42,620 nucleotides of DNA from IMG/VR virus record IMGVR_UViG_3300036719_002804; one strand, 5' to 3'. Source of the stretch: a virus. The position numbers and the translations under genes were made by a program. This document shows positions 35,077 through 41,042 of the stretch, piece by piece. The notes beneath the pieces were generated by a model, which saw nothing but the letters and a program-made list of their open reading frames with translations, did no database searches and was not told where the DNA came from. Numbering within the stretch: the first letter of the stretch is position 1; each line of letters starts with the position of its first letter.

Positions 35077-35712
35077 CGGCCTCTAGGAATACCCACCACT
35101 CAATGGCCGTTGAGTGGTGGCAAGGGTTCTGCCATACCCCGAAACTATAACTACTTAGTCTGACCTCGACACGGAGTCCTCTCCACCACTGCAGACCTGT
35201 CGTGGCCTCTGATCTCTCTACTGGGGAGAAATTGAAATCCAGGGACAACAAGACGACCCACCCACAGCCGCAACAGCCCCAACCCGCCTACAGCCGGGCT
35301 CCACACCCACCAGCCCCGCCACGCCACACACCCCGCCGCCCAGCTTCCGCCGGGTTGGCCCCGGGGCGCACCAGCTGCATCCACGCAGAACTCTCGCCCG
35401 CCCTCGCCCCCGCTGCTGACCTGCCCCGTCGCTGAAGGTCGATTTTGGGTCGCGCGATCTGGTGGGGTCCCCTGCGCGTGGCGCAGCCGGTTCCCCCCTG
35501 CCGGGGGGCCTGCAGCCGCCCAGGGCCGGCCGGTGCGGGGCTGGGCCTGCCTGCTGGCGCCGGTGCTGGCCAGCAAGCACCCACCCTTGCCTGATCGCCT
35601 GCGGTGGCTGGGACTGCAGCGGATAGGGGATCCGCTGAGCTGAGCTGGTGGGCCTGCGGGTGAGTGCGAGCGCACCGGCCAGGGGCCTCGCGGTCCTATG
35701 CGTGCCCAGGCA

Positions 35713-35741
35713 TTACCACATACCTTACGAATTGTTACAAG
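35713..35741 (+). promoter_or_regulatory. Weak sigma70-like promoter candidate for the rightward accessory arm
   Basis: TTACCA (35713..35718), a 17-nt spacer, then TACAAG (35736..35741), within the only AT-richer patch upstream of 35812. Each hexamer matches consensus at only 4 of 6 positions. Confidence 0.25.
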
Positions 35742-35811
35742 TACACGATCGCCGGCCTACCACCACTCCGCACCTGTGCGGCCTGCCTACATACTCAGGA
35801 GGCCTGCAGCA

Positions 35812-36084
35812 ATGCAGATCACCACCACCGAACCTCGACAACTGATGACCTACACACGCGAGCCAGCCTGGCGCGCTGTGGCTGGGGCAGGGCATCGCAA
35901 GCGGCTGTCGCCGCGTCCGATACAACGCCGCACCACTGGCGCCGGCCGGCCTACTAGGGACTGGAGCGCACTGAGCCTGGCCTGCGTGGCGCTGTGGACG
36001 GCGGGGATGATCGCCGCGGCCCTGGTGCCGCCGGTGCCCGCTCTGCCGCCCACTGCAGCCATGCAGGACACGCTCAGGCGATGA
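35812..36084 (+). CDS. Small membrane protein (90 aa)
   Basis: AGGAGG lies 9 nt upstream of the ATG. TM segment LSLACVALWTAGMIAAALV. Confidence 0.5.
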   Translation: MQITTTEPRQLMTYTREPAWRAVAGAGHRKRLSPRPIQRRTTGAGRPTRDWSALSLACVALWTAGMIAAALVPPVPALPPTAAMQDTLRR

Positions 36085-36154
36085 CGACAGCCCGGAGGGG
36101 CTCAGGCCTCTCCCTGCTGCCCTCAGCAGCACACGACCACCAACCACCGAGCCG
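36083..36154 (+). repeat. Intercistronic double-hairpin element, copy A
   Basis: GACGACAGCCCGGAG flank. Stem 1 is GGAGGGGC/GCCTCTCC (one G.U pair). Stem 2 is CTGCTG/CAGCAG. A CA-rich tract and the ATG at 36155 follow. Confidence 0.7.
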
Positions 36155-36589
36155 ATGACCACGACCACACCACGGATCAACCACAGCTGGGCAGCCGATG
36201 CGGCCCGATGCGCTGGAAAGCGGTCCGAAGCGGCCCGGCTTGCCTGCGGCCTGAAGTGGAGAGGGGGGGAGCTGGGCTACATGGGCCCGCGTCATCCGAC
36301 GGAGGGATGCCCCCAAGAAACCTGGGACCGCTGGGAAGCCGCCGTCGAGGTGCACAGCGGACTGGTGGGCTTGCTGGTGTCGCACCGGCGCCGCCAATGC
36401 CACCGCTACCGGCAGGAGGCCCTCTCAATCGAGGGGGCCAAGCCCAAGGACTACAGCCCGCAAGAGATCGAGCTGGCCGGCCCTACCCAGGGCTGGCTGG
36501 CCCTCGACGGCGGCGCCCTGGGCCCGCTGTTCAACAACCACACCACCACCACCACCACCGATGGCCTTTCACTACCGCTCGACCGATGA
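36155..36589 (+). CDS. Hypothetical protein (144 aa) with poly-Thr tracts encoded by the (ACC)n repeat
   Basis: This frame has a plausible composition, whereas the alternative frames are R/P/G-rich. The start follows element A. Confidence 0.45.
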   Translation: MTTTTPRINHSWAADAARCAGKRSEAARLACGLKWRGGELGYMGPRHPTEGCPQETWDRWEAAVEVHSGLVGLLVSHRRRQCHRYRQEALSIEGAKPKDYSPQEIELAGPTQGWLALDGGALGPLFNNHTTTTTTDGLSLPLDR

Positions 36590-36749
36590 AGCCCGCGCCG
36601 CTCTCTATGACGCGGCGATGGTGCTTTTGCAGGCAGACCCGCAAATCAGGCTGCCGTTCTCACTGGGGACGATCACCGACCTGAGCAACCTTTGCCGCCG
36701 CATCGCCGAAGGGCAGCCGGTCTCATCGTCGCCCCTGCTCGACATCTGA
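36561..36749 (+). CDS. Hypothetical protein (62 aa)
   Basis: The ATG is immediately preceded by an (ACC)n tract at 36533..36560. Helical sequence. Confidence 0.45.
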   Translation: MAFHYRSTDEARAALYDAAMVLLQADPQIRLPFSLGTITDLSNLCRRIAEGQPVSSSPLLDI

Positions 36750-36817
36750 CACCAGCCCGGAGCCCTCACCGGCTCCCTGCTGGTCTCACCAGCACACCAC
36801 CACCACCACCACCACCG
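36748..36817 (+). repeat. Intercistronic double-hairpin element, copy B
   Basis: GACACCAGCCCGGAG flank. Stem 1 is GGAGCC/GGCTCC. Stem 2 is GCTGGT/ACCAGC. An (ACC)n tract and the ATG at 36818 follow. Confidence 0.7.
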
Positions 36818-37780
36818 ATGACCAAAACCGCAGCGCGCAAACGCAATACCTACGACGGGCCCACCAGCGAGGAGATCCTTGTCGCCGATCTGGTGGGCCT
36901 GATGGAGAGCTCCGAGCTCCCGCCATGGCGCCGTGAATGGAGCGGCCACCAGGGCGAGCACCGGAACCTCATCAGCGGCCACCACTACCGCGGGTGCAAC
37001 CCGATCCTGTTAGAGCTCGGCGCCATGATGCGCGGCCACACCCTGCCCTTGTGGGTGGGAGCAGCTGAGGCCAAGGGGCGCGGCTGGTGGCCCCGCAAAG
37101 GGACCAAGGCCGTCCGCATCGTGCGGCCGCAGCTGAACAAGCGCGAGGAGCGCGACGACGACGGCAAACCCAAAACCGGGCCCGATGGCACGGTGCTCGT
37201 AGCTGCCTGGGTCAGTTACAAGCCCTGCGCAGTGTTCAATGCCGCCGACCTGGTGGGCAACGACGACGAGACCGCGGCCACCCTGGCCGATGCGATCGCC
37301 GCGGCCCTGGGCCAGCAAAGCAACGACAAACCGCCAGCGGTTCGCCTGCCGGCCGCCGAGGCCATCCTCGAGGCCTGGCCGGTGCCCACAAGCTGGGGCG
37401 GGGTGAAGGCCTGCTACAGCCCAAGCCTGGATCAGATCAGGATGCCGGCCGCCGAGGCCTTCGCCAGCCGGGAGGCAATCCTGGCCACATGGGCCCACGA
37501 ACAGGCGCACAGCACCGGCCACAGCAGCCGGCTGGCTCGCGATATGGCCAACACCTTCGGCAGCAAGGCCTACGCCAAGGAGGAGCTCATCGCCGAGCTG
37601 GCCGCGGTGCTGGTCTGCTACCGGCTGCAGATCGGCTGCCAGCTGCAGAACCATGCCGCCTATCTCAAGGACTGGGCCCAGATCCTCAAAGAGGAGCCCA
37701 AAGCCCTGTTCAAGGTGCTGAGCCAGGCGCGCCAGGCCGCCGATCTGATCGCACCCGAGGCACCAGCCGAGGAGGCCTGA
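36818..37780 (+). CDS. ardC: ArdC-like antirestriction protein (N-terminal ssDNA-binding DUF1738-type domain plus C-terminal zincin metallopeptidase)
   Basis: ELPPWRREW...NLISGHHYRGCNPILL...WVGAAEAKGRGWWPRKGTKAVRIV (ArdC N-domain pattern). WAHEQAHSTGHSSRLARD...YAKEELIAELAAVLVC (HExxH-type ArdC protease motif). Confidence 0.8.
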   Translation: MTKTAARKRNTYDGPTSEEILVADLVGLMESSELPPWRREWSGHQGEHRNLISGHHYRGCNPILLELGAMMRGHTLPLWVGAAEAKGRGWWPRKGTKAVRIVRPQLNKREERDDDGKPKTGPDGTVLVAAWVSYKPCAVFNAADLVGNDDETAATLADAIAAALGQQSNDKPPAVRLPAAEAILEAWPVPTSWGGVKACYSPSLDQIRMPAAEAFASREAILATWAHEQAHSTGHSSRLARDMANTFGSKAYAKEELIAELAAVLVCYRLQIGCQLQNHAAYLKDWAQILKEEPKALFKVLSQARQAADLIAPEAPAEEA

Positions 37781-37786
37781 TCACCC

Positions 37787-37853
37787 GACACCAGCCCGGA
37801 GCGGATCCGTCCGCTCCCTGCTGGTCTCACACCAGCACACCACCACCACCACC
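37787..37853 (+). repeat. Intercistronic double-hairpin element, copy C
   Basis: GACACCAGCCCGGAG flank. Stem 1 is GGAGCGGA/TCCGCTCC. Stem 2 is GCTGGT/ACCAGC. An (ACC)n tract and the ATG at 37854 follow. Confidence 0.7.
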
Positions 37854-38123
37854 ATGAACAACACACCACCAACGACCGCGGAGCTGGCCCTGCTGGGCTG
37901 CTGGGCTGTGGCCCTGGCCCTGCGCACCCTGCTGGCCCATGGGCTGGCCCTAGCCCTGCTGCTGGCGGGCTGGCGGCCGGCCCGGCCCGCCGTGACCATC
38001 ACACCAGCACCAGCACCAGCACCAGCACCAGCACCAGAGCCGGCGCCCGCGCCCAAGAGATCACCGCGCGCCCGCAAGCGCACCACCACCAAACCCGCCC
38101 GCGTTCTGGAGGCGATCGCATGA
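37854..38123 (+). CDS. Membrane protein with a Pro-Ala repeat linker and basic C-terminus
   Basis: TM-like LALLGCWAVALALRTLLAHGLALALLLAG, then PAPAPAPAPAPEPAPAP. Confidence 0.5.
   Translation: MNNTPPTTAELALLGCWAVALALRTLLAHGLALALLLAGWRPARPAVTITPAPAPAPAPAPEPAPAPKRSPRARKRTTTKPARVLEAIA
38002..38037 (+). repeat. Hexanucleotide tandem repeat (CACCAG)x6 inside a CDS
   Basis: Six perfect CACCAG units encode the (PA)n tract. Confidence 0.9.
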
Positions 38124-38632
38124 GCATCACAGAGCAGGAAATCAAGCTGCACGCCCTATGGGCCATGGGCTCGCCTGATGGCGAGCGACTGGTAAGGATC
38201 GGCGCCAACCTCGCAGGCGTCAACCTCGCCAACGCCTACCTCGCACGCGCCAACTTTCTAGGGGCCAACTTCACAGGTGCCGACCTCACAGGTGCCGACC
38301 TCACAGGCACCGACCTCACAGGTGCCAACCTCACAGGTGCCGACCTCCACCGGGCCAACCTCCACCGGGCCAACCTCAAACGGGCCGAACTCACAAGATC
38401 CAACCTCAGACGGGCCGACCTCACAAGATCCAACCTCGCCGGGTCCAGCCTCAAGCGCGCACAGCTCAGAAGCGCCCAACTCGCAGGCGCCAACCTCGCA
38501 GGCGCCAACCTCGCAAAATCCAACCTGAGGGGCGCCAACCTCAGGGGCGCCAACCTCGCAGGCGCCAACCTCGCAGGCGCGCGCCTCGAAGGATCCAGCC
38601 TTCGGGAAAAGCCCGAGAAGAAGGAGTCATGA
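38120..38632 (+). CDS. Pentapeptide-repeat protein (Qnr/MfpA-like beta-helix, possible DNA mimic)
   Basis: About 25 consecutive A(N/D)LxG-type pentapeptides (ANLAGVNLANAYLARANFLGANFTGADLTGADL...). GGAGG RBS. ATGA overlap. Confidence 0.85.
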   Translation: MSITEQEIKLHALWAMGSPDGERLVRIGANLAGVNLANAYLARANFLGANFTGADLTGADLTGTDLTGANLTGADLHRANLHRANLKRAELTRSNLRRADLTRSNLAGSSLKRAQLRSAQLAGANLAGANLAKSNLRGANLRGANLAGANLAGARLEGSSLREKPEKKES

Positions 38633-38814
38633 ACATCAACCCGATCGAGGCCGCCCTTTTGGCCCAGCTGCTGCGCCCCAGGGTGGCGCTGCTCACCGAA
38701 CTGCTGGCCGCCCAGGTCCAGGCCCTGCCGCCCGGGGATGACAGCTGGGCCGACACCGAGGACCAGCTACAGATCGCCGCGGCCACCCTGCAGAAAGTGG
38801 AGGCGATCCGATGA
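38629..38814 (+). CDS. Hypothetical protein (61 aa)
   Basis: AAGGAG RBS. ATGA overlaps at both ends. Confidence 0.45.
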   Translation: MNINPIEAALLAQLLRPRVALLTELLAAQVQALPPGDDSWADTEDQLQIAAATLQKVEAIR

Positions 38815-38960
38815 GACGCCTGGCACGCTTGCTGCGGCCGCTGGGGGTGCCGGCGCTGATTGCCCTGGTGCTGACCCTCTGGCCGCTGTTCCAGTTCCTC
38901 TGGCTGGTGGCCCTGGCCATCGGCTGCGTGTGGCTGGTCATCAGGAGGCCGAAGCTGTGA
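38811..38960 (+). CDS. Small two-TM membrane protein (49 aa)
   Basis: Hand-translated: MRRLARLLRPLGVPALIALVLTLWPLFQFLWLVALAIGCVWLVIRRPKL. ATGA and GTGA overlaps. Confidence 0.4.
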   Translation: MRRLARLLRPLGVPALIALVLTLWPLFQFLWLVALAIGCVWLVIRRPKL

Positions 38961-39292
38961 GCGCCAGCCCTGCAGATGTGGCCGCCATGATCCGCGGGAT
39001 CCGGGCGGCCCAGCCGTACCTGAGCGCTGCTGCAGTTGAGGCACTCTTGCGCATCGCATCCGGCGCAGACAGCGCGCCCGAACTGCACCGGCAGATGGGA
39101 ATGAGCATCAGCCAGGCCGAGCGGCTGGTGCTCATCCTCTGCGGCCGTGGCACCACCGGGATCAAGGCCCGTCGCAGCAACCTGAGGCTGATCGAGCGGA
39201 CCAGACACCCCCATAAATCAGGGTTCCGACTGGCCCTAACCCAGAACGGCCGTGATTTGATAGCTAGTACATTTGCACCATCAACCCTATGA
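38957..39292 (+). CDS. Winged-helix (MarR-like) DNA-binding protein, 111 aa, GTG start
   Basis: LRIASGADSAPELHRQMGMSISQAERLVLILCGRG...RLIERTRHPHKSGFRLALTQNGRDL fits a wHTH pattern. GTGA overlap with the upstream stop. Confidence 0.5.
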   Translation: MSASPADVAAMIRGIRAAQPYLSAAAVEALLRIASGADSAPELHRQMGMSISQAERLVLILCGRGTTGIKARRSNLRLIERTRHPHKSGFRLALTQNGRDLIASTFAPSTL

Positions 39293-39434
39293 GGATAGCC
39301 CTGATCGCGTCGATCGCCCTGCCGTTCCCTACCGGCTGGCGGGAGCTGAACCTGTGGGTCGAGGAGCACGGCGGCCGGCGCCGCCTTGCTCTGCATCGGT
39401 GCCACACTACTAGTAACCGCTGCCACATAGGCCC

Positions 39435-39752
39435 ATGGATCTGGCTGCGCTTTCCCATGCCCTGGCCGTGTTTGCAGCGCAGGACCCTACTAGGTTCCCG
39501 CTCCACCAAGCGCGACTGTTCTTAGAGGTCGCCGCGACCGAGCCCTGCACCTTCGAGCACCTGGAGGAGGCCATGAACCTCACCAACTCCAGCATCTCCC
39601 GCAGTGTCTCGGCCTTGTCCGATCGCAACCGCCACGGCGACCGCGGTTACCGGCTGCTCACCGTGGAACGCGACCCGGACGAGGGGCGCCGATTCCTGGT
39701 TCGGCTCTCCAGCAAGGGCCGCACCCTGCTGCAGCAACTGCAGCGCATCTGA
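39435..39752 (+). CDS. MarR-family winged-helix transcriptional regulator
   Basis: LEEAMNLTNSSISRSVSALSD...GYRLLTVERDPDEGRRFLVRLSSKGRTLL is the classical MarR recognition helix plus wing (DPxDxR...LTxKG). Confidence 0.7.
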   Translation: MDLAALSHALAVFAAQDPTRFPLHQARLFLEVAATEPCTFEHLEEAMNLTNSSISRSVSALSDRNRHGDRGYRLLTVERDPDEGRRFLVRLSSKGRTLLQQLQRI

Positions 39753-39782
39753 ACACCACCACCACCACCACCGAGAACCACC

Positions 39783-40769
39783 ATGGCCGGATCAGTCCGG
39801 CGGACAGCTGATGGCTGGATCGCCGATGTCACCGTGGGCGGCACCCGCCGCACCGCCAAACGCAAGACCAAAGCCGAGGCCATCGAAGCCAAGCGCCAGA
39901 TGCTGGAGCTGCTGGTGGCCCGCCAGGCCGGCGAGCCCGACGGCATCACCATCAAGGACGCCCGCGGCCTCTCCCTGCGCATCCGCTGGGCCGGCAAGGC
40001 CTTCGAACGCACCGCCTCGATCTATTCCCAGGCCGCCGTGGATCACTTCGGCCCGCTCACCCAGCTGGGCAGCATCACCGCCCCGATGGTGAACGAGTGG
40101 CGCCAGCTGCTGCTGGCCGGCGGCAACCGCCCTGGCACCGTCAACGCCAAGACCAGCTGCCTGCGGGCCATGTTCAGCGATGCCGTGCTGCACGGCCACC
40201 TGGGGGCCATCCCGGCAATGCCCCGGCAGCTGACCAACCGCAACACCAAGGACCGCACCTTCACCGAGCAGGAGATCGCCGGCTTTTGCGATGCGTTCCA
40301 GGCCATGGGCCAGCCCGCCGCGGCCGATCTGTTCGTGTTCCTACTGGAGAGCTGCGCCCGCTGGGGCGAGATCGAAAAGCTGAAGCGCCAGGACGTGGAC
40401 ATCGAGCGGGCCCGCGTCACCTTCTGGGAGACCAAGGCCAACCGGGCCCGCTCGATCCCGCTCACCCGCCGGGCCATGGATGCCCTGCTGCCCCATCTGC
40501 CGGCCGTCCCGGGCCATCGGGTCTGGCCCTACCGCTACAGCGAGTTTCGCTGGCTGTTCAGCAAGGCCAAGGAGCAGCTGGGGATCACCGACGAGGCGCT
40601 GACCATCCACTGCACCCGGCACACCTGCGCCAGCAAGCTGGCCAGCCGTGGGATCCCGCTTCATCAGCTGATGACCTTCGGCGGGTGGACCTCGCTCCAG
40701 AGCGTGCAGCGCTACCTGCACCTGCACACCGAGGCCCTGGCCAGCTGCGTGGCAGCGCTGGAGGCCTGA
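39783..40769 (+). CDS. int: Tyrosine recombinase / phage integrase
   Basis: Catalytic pattern ESCARWGEI (Arg), HCTRHTCAS (HxxR), GGWTSLQSVQRYLH (Trp/His and the nucleophilic Tyr). Confidence 0.85.
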   Translation: MAGSVRRTADGWIADVTVGGTRRTAKRKTKAEAIEAKRQMLELLVARQAGEPDGITIKDARGLSLRIRWAGKAFERTASIYSQAAVDHFGPLTQLGSITAPMVNEWRQLLLAGGNRPGTVNAKTSCLRAMFSDAVLHGHLGAIPAMPRQLTNRNTKDRTFTEQEIAGFCDAFQAMGQPAAADLFVFLLESCARWGEIEKLKRQDVDIERARVTFWETKANRARSIPLTRRAMDALLPHLPAVPGHRVWPYRYSEFRWLFSKAKEQLGITDEALTIHCTRHTCASKLASRGIPLHQLMTFGGWTSLQSVQRYLHLHTEALASCVAALEA

Positions 40770-40813
40770 ACTCAATCGGATGTATCCACCAGCCGTAGAG
40801 TGACTGCCGAAAT

Positions 40814-40852
40814 GGATGCGGATCGGTGCCGAAATCGGCATCCTCCGCATCC
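40814..40852 (+). promoter_or_regulatory. Nested hairpin downstream of int
   Basis: Outer arms GGATGCGGA (40814..40822) and TCCGCATCC (40844..40852). Inner arms TGCCGA (40827..40832) and TCGGCA (40835..40840). Followed by CCCCAAAACCCCAAAA, not a U-tract. Confidence 0.5.
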
Positions 40853-40887
40853 ACCCCAAAACCCCAAAACCCAGGCCACGATTGCCC

Positions 40888-40930
40888 GGGGGTCTAGCTA
40901 TCTGGTGAAAGCAGCGGACTCATAAACCGT
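40888..40930 (+). other. tRNA(CAU)-like 5' half (acceptor 5' strand, D-arm, anticodon arm); candidate attP core or tRNA remnant
   Basis: GGGGGTC TA GCTA TCTGGTGA AAGC A GCGGA CTCATAA ACCGT. It has U8, a GG-containing D-loop and a 7-nt loop with U33-CAU-A37. No T-arm or acceptor 3' strand follows. Confidence 0.45.
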
Positions 40931-41042
40931 TTTCAAGTTCTGCATCCCTGCAGATGTCCCGCCGAAACTGCAGCCCGGGGCACACTGATCAACTCTGCGG
41001 GGGTGGGTTGTAATAAGTGCATCCCGCTACCGATGCCGCACC

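Noticed and set aside
35144-35149. A minus-strand TATAGT as the -10 of the promoter for the leftward wHTH gene.
   Set aside because: No acceptable -35 hexamer lies at 16-18 nt spacing (the best are GTGTCG and TGTCGA). It remains only a weak possibility.
35245-35345. G-quadruplex potential on the minus strand of the C/A-rich tract.
   Set aside because: G-runs are present, but several are only GG and at least one loop exceeds the canonical length. This is too speculative without computation.
35151-35675. Track ORFs in the noncoding switch region (35151..35675 -, 35202..35435 +, 35218..35580 -, 35288..35584 -), and a possible 38-aa GTG ORF ending at about 35643.
   Set aside because: The translations are Pro/Arg/Gly/Ala low-complexity strings produced by the C/A-rich and GC-rich sequence. 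There is no RBS and no coupling to neighbours. Small peptides cannot be excluded.
38230-38580. Regularly spaced 15-nt repeats (GGTGCCGACCTCACA / GGCGCCAACCTCGCA) that look like a CRISPR-like or iteron array.
   Set aside because: They are in frame and encode consecutive A(D/N)LxG pentapeptides of one ORF. There are no unique spacers and no cas genes.
970-39494. The CCTAGTAGG / CTACTAGG motif, at 970 and 35066 on the plus strand and at 35951, 39408 and 39487 as the reverse complement, as a regulator binding site.
   Set aside because: A rough composition-based expectation for the 7-mer core is already about three per genome. Two occurrences lie inside coding sequence. The enrichment is not convincing without proper statistics.
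40854-40872. CCCCAAAACCCCAAAACCC read as a telomere-like (C4A4) repeat.
   Set aside because: There are only two units. It is more likely a bend or spacer element within the attP-like region than anything telomeric.
40888-40975. A complete tRNA-Met/Ile gene downstream of int.
   Set aside because: Only the 5' half can be folded. The 3' side of the anticodon stem mismatches, and there is no GTTC T-arm or complementary acceptor strand. The reverse orientation gives a non-canonical AUG anticodon loop.
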